Source: Candidatus Thalassarchaeaceae archaeon (GTDB lineage: Archaea; Thermoplasmatota; Poseidoniia; Poseidoniales; Thalassarchaeaceae). From it: a stretch of DNA of 64,000 bases. The notes beneath the pieces were generated by a model. The model was not told the DNA's origin and ran no database searches. It saw nothing but the letters and a program-made list of their open reading frames with translations. Numbering within the stretch: the stretch's first letter is position 1; the number at the start of each line of letters is the position of its first letter. The DNA lies in NCBI GenBank assembly GCA_045568115.1, contig JBJLBO010000005.1:319468-383467 (forward strand). Reading direction: 5' to 3'. The position numbers and the translations under genes were made by a program. Below are positions 19,338 through 29,688 of this stretch, in pieces.

Positions 19338-20372
19338 ATGAGTGAAGAAAAAGCAGCAAGCAAAGGCGCTGATGCAGCGCTTGAAAAGAAGGCCGCGAAA
19401 GCCCGTGGTTCAAAGAAAATGAGCGATAAACTCTCTGCTGTCGGTGCTATTGGACATGCAATTAGTACCGAAGTGCAGAAAGTCATCATCGGAAAGAGCC
19501 ACGTGATTGACAATGTTATGATTAACATTCTGTCTAATGGTAACCTACTGTTCGAGGATTACCCGGGTCTAGCAAAGACACTAATGACGAATACTTTCGC
19601 CGATGCACTCGGTTGTGATTTCAAGCGTGTTCAATTCACGCCTGATCTATTGCCAGCCGACATCACAGGCACCAATATCTATGACGCAAAGAAAGGAGAA
19701 TTTAGCTTCAAACCTGGACCTATCTTCTGTAACCTACTACTCTCTGACGAGATTAATCGTGCTCCACCTAAGACTCAAGCGGCTCTGCTCGAGGCTATGC
19801 AAGAATACCAAGTGACCGTGGGAACTGTAACCCATAAATTACCGGCACCATTCCTAACTATGGCTACACAAAATCCAGTTGAGCAAGAAGGAACCTATCC
19901 ACTACCTGAAGCTCAACTTGACAGATTTATGTTTAAGATGAGTGTAGGATATCCAGATCGTGCTGATGAAGACGAAATTCTTGCACGAAGAATTGCTAGG
20001 AAGAAGGATGAGGTCGAAGTTGAAGTCATTACTGATCCTGCTCGTGTAGTTGCAATGCAGCAGGCAATTGAGGACGTATATGTCGACCCTGCAGTTAGAA
20101 TGTACATGGTCGAAATCGTATCACGAACTCGTGAAGATCCAAGAGTTCTAGTTGGTTCATCACCTAGAGGATCTCAGGCCTTACTGAAGACAAGTCGTGC
20201 CGCAGCAGCAATGCGAGGACGTGACTTCGTTACACCAGATGATGTGAAATCAATTGCAACCCTTGCAGTCTCTCACAGATTAATCCTCAAACCAGAACAT
20301 CAAATCAAGGGACTTGAGAATGACGAGGTCATCTCTGATATTCTCCGACAAGTACCAGTACCAACTGTCTAA
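19338..20372 (+). CDS. MoxR-family AAA+ ATPase
   Basis: It has Walker A/B motifs and the MoxR signature GLAKTLMTNTFADALGCDFKRVQFTPDLLPADITG, then LLSDEINRAPPKTQAALLEAMQE. Confidence 0.9.
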   Translation: MSEEKAASKGADAALEKKAAKARGSKKMSDKLSAVGAIGHAISTEVQKVIIGKSHVIDNVMINILSNGNLLFEDYPGLAKTLMTNTFADALGCDFKRVQFTPDLLPADITGTNIYDAKKGEFSFKPGPIFCNLLLSDEINRAPPKTQAALLEAMQEYQVTVGTVTHKLPAPFLTMATQNPVEQEGTYPLPEAQLDRFMFKMSVGYPDRADEDEILARRIARKKDEVEVEVITDPARVVAMQQAIEDVYVDPAVRMYMVEIVSRTREDPRVLVGSSPRGSQALLKTSRAAAAMRGRDFVTPDDVKSIATLAVSHRLILKPEHQIKGLENDEVISDILRQVPVPTV

Positions 20373-20404
20373 AATAATTGATTCTAGATTAGGAATGTGA
20401 GCCA

Positions 20405-21721
20405 ATGGCATGGAGTAGGAAGTCTGCAATGTTCGCTGCATTAGCGATAGCATTGTATCTACTCGGCTTGGTGCTCCGTAACCAACAATTAGTTACTGTC
20501 GCAGTAGTTCTCCTATCTTTCCTAACATATGCTGCATTCCGAACCACTCATGCTGACGTAGCATCTAGTGGTCGACGACTGGAAGATGCAGAATCAGATA
20601 TTGGAATCCAGTTGCAATCAATAGTTGCAATGAGAAAACTGTCATCAGCAAGAGTTTTCGAAGATGGTGAAATAGACGTGGTCCTTAGAATTCAGAACCG
20701 TTCATCTCTCTCTAAGGTTCTGGAAATTAGAGATCGCGTCCCTGAAGTTATGCGAATTAAAAAAGGGGCAAACTACGTTCTAATGGATTTAGGTGGAAGA
20801 AAGGAAACCGAGATATCCTATACTATTGAGGCTCCGATTCGAGGATTCTATACTATAGGGCCCGTTTGTGTCCGAGTTCAGGATGCTTTCGGGCTATTCC
20901 ACAATGAAAGAGAAATAAATCTCTATGATGATTTCTTAGTATTTCCTAAGATGGAAGATATTAAGGATGCATTAATCAAGAGTAGGGTTCCAAAAATCTT
21001 CACAGGTGCAGTAAATATCAGAAATCCAGGTGAGGGTTCAAATTTCTACAACCTACGCGAATATATCCCGGGTGACCCAATGAAGAAGGTCAATTGGAAA
21101 GCATGGGCACGCTCTGGGAAGATGATGGTGAATGAATACGAACGAGATGCTGTTAGTGATATCATTCTAATTATTGATAGTCGTGCAGTTAGCGAAACAG
21201 GACCTGTAAGTAGAAACTCTCTCGTCTATAGTACTCGAGCGGCTGCAAGTTTAACTCAATATTTCCTATCTCGCCGAGATTCAGTTGGTCTAGTCACTTA
21301 TAGTGATGAGATTGTTTCAGTTGATCGCGATTCGGGTAAAAAACAGCTCTATGTAATTCTAACAAAACTTGCAGGAGCGATGGCTAAGGGGAATACTCCA
21401 CTAAAGATAGTAACAAATAGGATATTGCCACACATTAATCGAGGAAGCCCAATCATCATCCTTAGCCCACTAGAAGACGATCCTACTATCATCGATGCAG
21501 TAAGGGACCTTAGAGCCCGAAACTTTGACGTCACTATTCTATCTCCATCAAGCCTTGAATTTGAATTCGATGCGCGAAGACTCGATAGAACGGGTTATGA
21601 AGTTCTCAAAACTGAACGTGATATTTTGATTAGTGAATTAAGAGGGCTTGGAGCTAATGTAATGGATTGGGAACCCGATATGATGTTGGTAACTGCTCTT
21701 GCGGGAGCAAGAGGTTTCTAG
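20405..21721 (+). CDS. DUF58 (vWA-like) protein, MoxR partner, with N-terminal TM helices
   Basis: It has the DUF58 signature GSNFYNLREYIPGDPMKKVNWKAWARSGKMMVNEYE. Confidence 0.8.
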   Translation: MAWSRKSAMFAALAIALYLLGLVLRNQQLVTVAVVLLSFLTYAAFRTTHADVASSGRRLEDAESDIGIQLQSIVAMRKLSSARVFEDGEIDVVLRIQNRSSLSKVLEIRDRVPEVMRIKKGANYVLMDLGGRKETEISYTIEAPIRGFYTIGPVCVRVQDAFGLFHNEREINLYDDFLVFPKMEDIKDALIKSRVPKIFTGAVNIRNPGEGSNFYNLREYIPGDPMKKVNWKAWARSGKMMVNEYERDAVSDIILIIDSRAVSETGPVSRNSLVYSTRAAASLTQYFLSRRDSVGLVTYSDEIVSVDRDSGKKQLYVILTKLAGAMAKGNTPLKIVTNRILPHINRGSPIIILSPLEDDPTIIDAVRDLRARNFDVTILSPSSLEFEFDARRLDRTGYEVLKTERDILISELRGLGANVMDWEPDMMLVTALAGARGF

Positions 21722-21727
21722 GGAGGA

Positions 21728-22651
21728 ATGAATATGGCTGATGGAACTCAAGATACTTCTCATCTATACGAGGGTAAGACTGTAAGATCTGCTGCCCCCA
21801 GTAGAAAAAAGGCGGCTGGGAGATTAAAGTCTAGTACTGAAATTCCAAAAGACGCGATTCCAGAGATTCATGTTCCATCTTGGATTGAATCTTTCTTCGG
21901 GGGGCCAATTGTATCTTCAATGAAATTCTTACCGGCAAACAAAACGGTTTCGACTCTACAAATAGCTTCGGCAGGAGTTCTACTCATCCTCGCCTTCCTA
22001 ACCTATATCATCACCCCAGTTTCAGGAACTGCTTGGTTCACAATTGCCAATATTGTTGGAATGACATTTCTAGGAGGATTGATACATATCCTTATCTTAG
22101 TTGTAGGATTAATTGGAGGAATTTATGGGATATTCCAAAGAGATCAACGTGCTCTATTAGTATCATACGTTATGCTTCTATTAATCACGCTTAGGTTTGC
22201 AGGAAGCAAAGTCGAATTCGGTTTGAATATGGTTCCTGAAAATGAAATTGCTCAGAAAGTATTGCTTATCCTTTACGCTCTATTCTTAGTAATGTACTTT
22301 GAATTAACTAGCGGAATAATCCGGTTTTCTATGCTAGATACATCAATACGAACTGGCGAAGTTTATGTCATGGGTGAAGGGAAAATAATCAGTCAATACA
22401 ATCGTGCAATTGGGATTACACCTGCTATTGCTGGGATTGTGGCTTTGATTACACTTCTAATTAATCTAATCATTCCAGCAATTGTAGGAATCTTTGATGA
22501 TGTTGCTGCCAATAGATTAAGCGAATCAGTTGAATTAACCAGTGTTTATGGTGTTGCTTTAGGAACTGCTATGGTTTTCACAGTCGTTGCTGCTGCATTC
22601 GCAATTAATTTACCATTACGAATTCAGAAAATGCGAGAAAAACAGAGCTAA
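21728..22651 (+). CDS. Hypothetical polytopic membrane protein (6-7 TM helices, no Cys), last gene of the MoxR cluster
   Basis: The ORF has coding-like composition and a GGAGG motif 2 bp upstream of the ATG. There are multiple hydrophobic helices and no recognisable motif. Confidence 0.45.
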   Translation: MNMADGTQDTSHLYEGKTVRSAAPSRKKAAGRLKSSTEIPKDAIPEIHVPSWIESFFGGPIVSSMKFLPANKTVSTLQIASAGVLLILAFLTYIITPVSGTAWFTIANIVGMTFLGGLIHILILVVGLIGGIYGIFQRDQRALLVSYVMLLLITLRFAGSKVEFGLNMVPENEIAQKVLLILYALFLVMYFELTSGIIRFSMLDTSIRTGEVYVMGEGKIISQYNRAIGITPAIAGIVALITLLINLIIPAIVGIFDDVAANRLSESVELTSVYGVALGTAMVFTVVAAAFAINLPLRIQKMREKQS

Positions 22652-23754
22652 CTTTTATCTGGAATAAATCCGCCGATTTTTCCTAAATCAGCAACGATTA
22701 ATCTAGCAACTGCTTCTACAACTGGAACTGCTCTTGGACCAAGAACCGGGTCGTGGCGTCCCTTAATCATCAGTGGCTGTTTTTCTCCACTAGGAAGGTG
22801 TAGAGTATTTTGCTCGCGTGAAATGCTGCTAGGTGGTTTGAAGTGAACGACAATTCGTAGTGGAGCACCTGTGGAACGCCCACCAAGGGCACCATCAGCA
22901 GAACCTTCTGCCGAGCCTTCCAAAGTTACTTTTTGTCCTTCTTTTTGCCAGACATCATTGTGCTGAGAACCTCTCATTCGTGAAGACTCAGTACCTTTAG
23001 AGAATTCAACTGCACGAGCTCCAGGAATCGCCATCATTCCACGAGCAAGGGCTGGTTCAAGACCATCAAACCACGGTTCACCAAGTCCCAACGGCAATCC
23101 CTCAATTATGCACTCTACTGATGAACCGATAGAATCCTCATCCATTCTAACTTCATTAATCAGGCTAGCAAATAACGAGCTGGAGATTTTATCGCGACAA
23201 TTCAAGCGAGACATGTCAGATTCTTCGGGGAGAACTGCATCTCTATCAAGACTGAATATTGGAGCCGCGACAATATCTCCAACGCTATGCAAATGTGCAT
23301 CAACACGCCATCCCAATGAATTGATTACTCCACGCACCTGACTTGAGGCGGTGACAAGACCATAGGTCAAACGAGCTGATTGTGATCCACCACCGCGAAG
23401 ATCTGCAGCACCACCTGAGCGGACTTGTTCTGGCAAATCCGCATGACCTGGCCTAGGATGATCAGGCAGAAAAGAATAGTCTCTAGAACGGGCATCTGAA
23501 TTACGAGTTAAGAGAAGTATGGGCCAACCTGTTGCCTTACCTTCGTAAACACCTGAAAGTATCTCACATTCATCACTCTCAGAACGTGTACTCAACCCCT
23601 TTCGACCTGGTCTTCTCCTCTCAACATCAGCCCTAAGCGCATCAATATCAATCTCAGTTCCAGCAGGAATTCCTTCAACAAGAGCACCTACTGACAAACC
23701 ATGACTTTCACCAAATAGAGTAACGCGAATTGAATCACCCAAACCCATTCCCAT
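22648..23754 (-). CDS. aroC: chorismate synthase
   Basis: It has MGMGLGDSIRVTLFGESHGLSVGALVEGIPAG and other chorismate synthase signatures, in 368 aa. Confidence 0.9.
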   Translation of the reverse strand: MGMGLGDSIRVTLFGESHGLSVGALVEGIPAGTEIDIDALRADVERRRPGRKGLSTRSESDECEILSGVYEGKATGWPILLLTRNSDARSRDYSFLPDHPRPGHADLPEQVRSGGAADLRGGGSQSARLTYGLVTASSQVRGVINSLGWRVDAHLHSVGDIVAAPIFSLDRDAVLPEESDMSRLNCRDKISSSLFASLINEVRMDEDSIGSSVECIIEGLPLGLGEPWFDGLEPALARGMMAIPGARAVEFSKGTESSRMRGSQHNDVWQKEGQKVTLEGSAEGSADGALGGRSTGAPLRIVVHFKPPSSISREQNTLHLPSGEKQPLMIKGRHDPVLGPRAVPVVEAVARLIVADLGKIGGFIPDKS

Positions 23755-23756
23755 AC

Positions 23757-24608
23757 TTACCGCTCCAAAGTCAATTCCGGATGTTGATGAATCCTAGTAT
23801 GTATGAACTGAAGGTCTCTTGATTTTAGATGTTCCATTATTTTCTGATTTTCTTCTCTGGGACAAATTACTGCAATCGCAGGACCAGAACCAGAAATTGC
23901 AGCCCTACCATTGGTCAGAACTTCGATATTTTCACAAATTGAAAGAGCATCTTTGTCACCAATTGCTTCACCAACCAATTGACCGTTCTTACTGAAAGCC
24001 TGCAAAGGATTATCACTGACTAAATCGAGGACAATTTTCTCAAATCGGGTTTTTCGATTCTCAAACTCAGCAATATTAATTTTTGATTTTTCCAAATCTC
24101 TGATTATCAAAAACACTTCCATCGGAGGCATATTAATCCTCTTTATTCTACAAGCAACCTCATCAAAAACATCAACCAATATTGTAGACTGGTTTTTGCA
24201 GACTACAATATCATCCCTACCTCCAGTAATGCTACATCCAGACTGTATTTGTATTGCTGATAGAATGTTACAGCAAACTGCATCCGATATCATCACACCC
24301 GTTGCTTGAGATAAAGCGTCCATAGCAGCCACGAGTAAGGCAGAACTTGATTTCAAACCCATACCGATGGGTATGTTGGAATTAATTTCCCAACCCAAAT
24401 TTCCATCAGGAAGAGGTAAATCTCTAGTTTTCCAAGCATCGAGAAGAAGTTCGAGTAATTTATGTTCATCTTCAGAAATTTCTAGCGGCTCATCAGTAAG
24501 TGAGACATGAGTCCAGAGATCAATAGGTGCGGCACAGCCGTTGCCACAACCTACGGCATGTAGAAGACTGATTCCTCCACATGCACGACCCTGTCCTAGA
24601 AGTCTCAT
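23757..24608 (-). CDS. aroK: Shikimate kinase, archaeal GHMP-kinase type
   Basis: It has the GHMP motif PIGMGLKSSSALLVAAMDAL and is 283 aa. It lies between aroB' and aroC. Confidence 0.8.
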   Translation of the reverse strand: MRLLGQGRACGGISLLHAVGCGNGCAAPIDLWTHVSLTDEPLEISEDEHKLLELLLDAWKTRDLPLPDGNLGWEINSNIPIGMGLKSSSALLVAAMDALSQATGVMISDAVCCNILSAIQIQSGCSITGGRDDIVVCKNQSTILVDVFDEVACRIKRINMPPMEVFLIIRDLEKSKINIAEFENRKTRFEKIVLDLVSDNPLQAFSKNGQLVGEAIGDKDALSICENIEVLTNGRAAISGSGPAIAVICPREENQKIMEHLKSRDLQFIHTRIHQHPELTLER

Positions 24609-25537
24609 CGCTCATTCATCACTCCTGTCAATTCACGTCCTACATGGCGCATGCCTGAACTAAAACGAACTAGGAATTGATCACCTTCTTTGAGTGAAGT
24701 GACTGAAATTAGATTATCTTGAGAAATCAAGCGTACGGTCTCAGCCTGTTGAGCCATTACTTGACCGGATAAGCCAGATGCTTCGAATCTAATCAAAAGA
24801 AATGGACGCATCTCTACTTTTAGACGACCAATTGAGGCATCACGTAGCGCTCCGCTTGAGCTGATGATTGCCACCTTATCTCCTGATTCCAATTCACTTA
24901 GGTATCGAGTCGAGCCATCAGCCATCAGGCAGTAGGCATGAACCGCCCCAGCGTTAACTCTGAAAGGTCTAGATGGGACGAATTGTGACGGTATAGTCTC
25001 GCCGTGAATCAATGCCAAGGCATTTGCAGATGAACCAATTAACATCCCTTCATCGTGACTCATTCTCTCGATAAGATCAACACAGACTCTCTCACCAACA
25101 CCCCCTGATTCAACAGAAGTTACTTTGGCAAATTCTAGAATTGAATTTGTTTCTTTATTCTCAGTGACCTTATCCCTTTCCCCAGCCACTTCAACGGCAG
25201 ATAACCAGAGTTCCTCATCATCAGGAAGTAGAATGGCATCAACTCCATGCTCTAGAGCGAAGGCTGCACCTCTCAGATCTACTTTCTTAGAAATCGCAAC
25301 GGCGATTTTTGTTCCAGAACCTGATGCAGCCGCTACAATATTCTCGAGAGGAATCATTGTCCAATCAGAACACTTAATCAAAATCCAGGAAATCATGCCA
25401 ATTAGAGAAATAGCCTCTTCTTGGCCATTATAATCATCCAATTGGACAACTGCAACATCATTCGCTGTACCAGTCCAAACTCTATCCGCCTGAATGAATA
25501 GAGAAGATTCAGGGGGAGCCTCAACCCACAATTGCAA
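24605..25537 (-). CDS. aroB': 3-dehydroquinate synthase II (archaeal type, AroB')
   Basis: It resembles archaeal DHQS-II: IPLENIVAA, ERVCVDLIERMSHDEGMLIGSSANALALIHGETIPSQFVPSRPFRVNAGAVHAYCL. Confidence 0.8.
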   Translation of the reverse strand: MQLWVEAPPESSLFIQADRVWTGTANDVAVVQLDDYNGQEEAISLIGMISWILIKCSDWTMIPLENIVAAASGSGTKIAVAISKKVDLRGAAFALEHGVDAILLPDDEELWLSAVEVAGERDKVTENKETNSILEFAKVTSVESGGVGERVCVDLIERMSHDEGMLIGSSANALALIHGETIPSQFVPSRPFRVNAGAVHAYCLMADGSTRYLSELESGDKVAIISSSGALRDASIGRLKVEMRPFLLIRFEASGLSGQVMAQQAETVRLISQDNLISVTSLKEGDQFLVRFSSGMRHVGRELTGVMNER

Positions 25538-25541
25538 ATCA

Positions 25542-26336
25542 TCACCTCAGCATCTCTGCTGCCTCAGAAGCACTTACTCCATCATGAATTACTGCTCGAA
25601 GTGCTGCGATATGGTTGGCTGGATTCTCGGCACCAAATACCTGTCTTCCCATACAAACTCCAGCACCTCCGGCAGCGACGGATTGTTCGACAATTTCTAG
25701 CAAATCTGCAAAAGAAGCTCCTAGAGGACCCCCGGCAATAAGAACTGGAATAGGAACTGAGGCACAGACTTTAGCAAATGATTCTGAATCTCCAGTCCAA
25801 GGCACCTTGACAACATCACAACCCAATTCCCAAGCCACACGAGCCGCATGAGCTACTCCTCCGGTAGAATCGTCTTCAGCAATTTTCAAGTTTGGACCAC
25901 GAGGATACATCATACCTAGCACAGGCATTCCAAGAGCAATTGCTTCACCGGTTAGTTCACCCATCTCTGCAATCATTTCGGGCTCAGCCTCGTCGCCGAG
26001 ATTGACCTGAGCAGAACAGGCTGAAGCACCCCTAAACTGACATTCTTTGGCTGAGGCAACTCGTACTTTGTCGCCCGAATTATCTCCTGCGTGGATTGTA
26101 GAAACCGATACATGACATACGAAGCCATTCCAACCAGTACGTTCGAAATGATGAGTCAGAGCGCCCTTCTGGAGAACTATAGCATCAACACCGGATTGAA
26201 TACAGGTATCAACAACCTCATCCATCCTATCAAGTCCCTTCTCAGGATAGTTAGAGATGCCGTGATCCATTGGAATCCAAACACCTCGGCCACCAGGAAG
26301 GAGGCGTTCGAGGCGTTCAAACAATGTCTCGGCCAT
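25542..26336 (-). CDS. aroA': 2-amino-3,7-dideoxy-D-threo-hept-6-ulosonate synthase (ADH synthase, AroA'; DhnA-type class I aldolase)
   Basis: The N-terminus MAETLFERLERLLPGGRGVWIPMDHGISNYPEKGL, the active-site Lys region and a length of 264 aa match archaeal AroA'. Confidence 0.8.
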   Translation of the reverse strand: MAETLFERLERLLPGGRGVWIPMDHGISNYPEKGLDRMDEVVDTCIQSGVDAIVLQKGALTHHFERTGWNGFVCHVSVSTIHAGDNSGDKVRVASAKECQFRGASACSAQVNLGDEAEPEMIAEMGELTGEAIALGMPVLGMMYPRGPNLKIAEDDSTGGVAHAARVAWELGCDVVKVPWTGDSESFAKVCASVPIPVLIAGGPLGASFADLLEIVEQSVAAGGAGVCMGRQVFGAENPANHIAALRAVIHDGVSASEAAEMLR

Positions 26337-26424
26337 GGAATTGCGCCTACACTTCTCTTATTGAAAGGATGTTATAACAATTCAAGCAATTATTCTCGCT
26401 CCCGTAGGGAGCGAAGAGAATATA

Positions 26425-27204
26425 TCAAAAATCAAAATCAATGATTAGTGGAGCGTGGTCCGAGCAATTCAAGCCCGCTTGCCGATTTACCTCTGCAGTT
26501 TTGAAAGAAGCAAAAGCAGCATTATTTGCCAGAACATAATCAATCCTCCAGCCACGATCTAAGGCCCGTGCTTGACCACGATTAGACCACCAAGTGTAAG
26601 GTCCCTTTTGCTCACCGAAGTGGATCCGATGTAAATCATGCCAGCCGCTGTCAAGGAAGCGACTGAACCATTCACGCTCATGCGGTAAGAAACCGGATGT
26701 GCGTCTGTTTCCACTCGGATTCCAGATGTCATTCTCAGTATGAGCGATATTCAAATCTCCAACTAAAATCGCAGGTTCTGGTGAATCAAGGAATTTCTTG
26801 GCCCAAACCAACAAATCCTCCAACCATCTATCTTTGTAGGCTTGTCTTTCGGGACCAGAACCTCCGTTTGGCAAGTAGATATTGATACAAGTTAGAGGGC
26901 CACATTTCGTGGTTAAGACACGCCCCTCTAAATCATCAGGATCTAAGTGAGTTCCTATGCCACGACCAAGCTCCTCCATACCAACACGAGACATTGAAGC
27001 CACCCCAGAATACCCCTTGCGTTCGGCCGGATGCCAGATGACCTCGTGACCATCAGGAAGAGTCCAGTCGATTGGAAGTTGTTCAGGAAGTGCACGCACT
27101 TCCTGGAGTAACCAGATGTCTGCATCTATCCTCTCAATGAATTCATCCAAGCCTTTGCGGATTGCGGCCCGGATGCCATTCAAGTTCCAGGTGACGACGC
27201 GCAT
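26425..27204 (-). CDS. xth: exodeoxyribonuclease III (AP endonuclease, Xth family)
   Basis: It has MRVVTWNLNGIRAAIRKG, LQEVR, and catalytic Asp/His motifs near the C-terminus (NCSDHAPLIIDFDF). Confidence 0.85.
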   Translation of the reverse strand: MRVVTWNLNGIRAAIRKGLDEFIERIDADIWLLQEVRALPEQLPIDWTLPDGHEVIWHPAERKGYSGVASMSRVGMEELGRGIGTHLDPDDLEGRVLTTKCGPLTCINIYLPNGGSGPERQAYKDRWLEDLLVWAKKFLDSPEPAILVGDLNIAHTENDIWNPSGNRRTSGFLPHEREWFSRFLDSGWHDLHRIHFGEQKGPYTWWSNRGQARALDRGWRIDYVLANNAAFASFKTAEVNRQAGLNCSDHAPLIIDFDF

Positions 27205-27213
27205 GAAGGGGGC

Positions 27214-29688
27214 TCACGGAGATAGGTCTTTGACTTTCTCGACTAAATCCATCCTGCTAATTCTCCACATTCCGTATGGAGTGAGGATTACTGAGATGAA
27301 AACAACAACACTAACAAGTTGTGCTGTAACCATGAAATCAGACTTCACAGTCATATAAAATGCCCATTGAACAAATGTAGAAATTAATGCTTGAGTGCCA
27401 AATATAGTGAAAATGGTGGCGAGAATGCCACCTATCAAACCAATAGCAATATGTTCACCCAGCATCATCCCACCTATCCTGTTGATTGGAGCACCAAGCA
27501 CTCTTAGTGTCGCTATCTCTACGTCTCGTTCTGCAAGATTCATGATTAGAGTATTGAATAAAACAACAATTGCAATGATTATTCCAAGCGCAAGAATTGA
27601 ATTGAAAACTGCTTGTTGCTGTTCCAACATCGACTCAAAGGTTTTGATTAAGTCCTCTTTTTGAGTAACGCCAAGTGAAATTTCGCCCAATTCATTGTCT
27701 ACTTCGATTCCCTCTGGCAAATCAAGCAAAACAGAGGTCGCTTCGATTCCCACGACGGGTACTAGATCTTGTCGATGGAAATATACGGTTCGCGTCAGTT
27801 CTCCTTGAGTGATTCCGGTTATCTCAATATCCAACGAAGTTGAACCAAACATAATCGTCTGAGTTTGCCCAACTTGCCAATCGAGGAAGTGCTGTAATCC
27901 CTCATCAACCAGTACCTGTGTAACTTCAGAATTAGCAACAGGGAGTGTTCCTTCTTTAAGATCTAAAACTATCATAGAATTATCGTTAGTAGAAACCGTA
28001 TCCAACCCATAGGTCAAGAGATACCTCGTATCCCCCTCTGGATTAGCTGGGAAAACTAACATCGACTCATGAGATGCACCTCTCTCATCAGCCCATTCAT
28101 TCACTGCCACCTCCCCTCCGAAGGGAACAATAACTTGAGCGTCCCAATTCTGGTTATTCTCAACATTACCAAGTACAGCATCTTCCATTGTAGCCATCAT
28201 CAGTGTCATACTGCCAAAAATTAGCATTGACAGGCCGACAGCAACGAATGTGAAGGCTAGCCTAGTTGGTTTTCTAATGCTAGACCTGATAGTTAGACCA
28301 ACTGTAGAAGGTAATCTCGAAGTTAACTTCTGTAGACCTCGAGACGAGAGTCTAATCTGGTGTTGGCCACGCATAATTTCCAGAGGTTGTAGTCTAGAAG
28401 CTTGGATAGCTGGAAAAATTCCAGAAAACAAAACAATTAACATCGCGATTCCAGAAATTTGCAGAAGGATAGGGGTTACATCTGCAGGTTCAATAATTGG
28501 AATACCCAATAATTCTTCATACATATTCAACATGGCTGGAGCACCCAAAAATACTCCAAGAATTATACCAAATAAACAACCGATTAAACCTATTAAAATG
28601 GGCATCAAGATATACCCTGGAATTATAGCATTTCGTGGAATTCCGAGTGTTCGCAATATTGCAATCTCTCTAGCCTGAGATTGCACCAATCTCTGAAGGC
28701 TCAAGAAGATGGTGATTCCAGCAACTATTGCAATCATTGCAGTAATTGGTACATACATCGACATTGCACCTTCGGCATCGGTACGAAGTAATTCTACTGA
28801 TTCAATTCCTGAACGACTGTAAACTAATGAAGGTGAATCGTCGATATCTTGTACGGTAGAGTCGATTTTTCCTATAATTAAACTGAGTTCTTCGCCTTCG
28901 ACATCGGTAGAAGTCTGCAAGTCATATTCCGGAGTTCCAACTATGTCAATGAGTAGAAGATTGGCCGAACCTGAACTGAGGTTGGCTAACCTCTCAAGGC
29001 CTCCTGAAGTCAAATATCCAGTAGCAAATGTTCCAGGTTCTGCAGGAAATAATGAGCCACTCTGGGCAAAGTACAGATGATTTGAATGGTGACCAATACC
29101 CACAATGGTGTAATCCATGCTTCCTGCTCCGGAACCTATCGAAATGCTATCACCAATCTCAACCTCCATTCCTTCAGCCACCCTTACATCGACGACGATC
29201 TCATCATCTGCACTGGCCATAACACCTGAGCAGCAATCGTGGTCCGGAAACCACACTCGGTCGACATATCCTTCATCAATACCGTGCCAAACAGCAGGAA
29301 TGATTGATTCTTCACCATCCTCATTTGTGTGAAACATAACTCCATTGAGTTTCAAACGAGGTTCGCATTCATTTAGCACTAAATCTGAATCGGGCCATTG
29401 ATTTGCGATTTCCTCACAAATTGAATCAGCAGTACTGCCATCCCATGCCCAACTAGGATTTTCAACCCAAATATCTGCAAGGTTTACTCCCTCATCAGTA
29501 TCCGCATAGATGTCATCGTACATGCTTGAGGCTGTGTGAGCATATGCTGCAAAAGAAATACCTGCGAAAACACCAACCATCACCATGAGTACCACTGCGA
29601 AGAGGCGAATCTTTGTTCGCCATAGGCTTCTTGCCAAACGCTTTGTAAGTAGTCCAAACAAGAATATCACCTCATTCAACAATTTCAT
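27214..29688 (-). CDS. ABC transporter permease with tandem FtsX domains (MacB/YbbP-like), 824 aa
   Basis: It has two FtsX-type four-TM bundles, each preceded by a large extracytoplasmic domain. Its start overlaps the ATPase gene stop by 17 bp. Confidence 0.8.
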   Translation of the reverse strand: MKLLNEVIFLFGLLTKRLARSLWRTKIRLFAVVLMVMVGVFAGISFAAYAHTASSMYDDIYADTDEGVNLADIWVENPSWAWDGSTADSICEEIANQWPDSDLVLNECEPRLKLNGVMFHTNEDGEESIIPAVWHGIDEGYVDRVWFPDHDCCSGVMASADDEIVVDVRVAEGMEVEIGDSISIGSGAGSMDYTIVGIGHHSNHLYFAQSGSLFPAEPGTFATGYLTSGGLERLANLSSGSANLLLIDIVGTPEYDLQTSTDVEGEELSLIIGKIDSTVQDIDDSPSLVYSRSGIESVELLRTDAEGAMSMYVPITAMIAIVAGITIFLSLQRLVQSQAREIAILRTLGIPRNAIIPGYILMPILIGLIGCLFGIILGVFLGAPAMLNMYEELLGIPIIEPADVTPILLQISGIAMLIVLFSGIFPAIQASRLQPLEIMRGQHQIRLSSRGLQKLTSRLPSTVGLTIRSSIRKPTRLAFTFVAVGLSMLIFGSMTLMMATMEDAVLGNVENNQNWDAQVIVPFGGEVAVNEWADERGASHESMLVFPANPEGDTRYLLTYGLDTVSTNDNSMIVLDLKEGTLPVANSEVTQVLVDEGLQHFLDWQVGQTQTIMFGSTSLDIEITGITQGELTRTVYFHRQDLVPVVGIEATSVLLDLPEGIEVDNELGEISLGVTQKEDLIKTFESMLEQQQAVFNSILALGIIIAIVVLFNTLIMNLAERDVEIATLRVLGAPINRIGGMMLGEHIAIGLIGGILATIFTIFGTQALISTFVQWAFYMTVKSDFMVTAQLVSVVVFISVILTPYGMWRISRMDLVEKVKDLSP

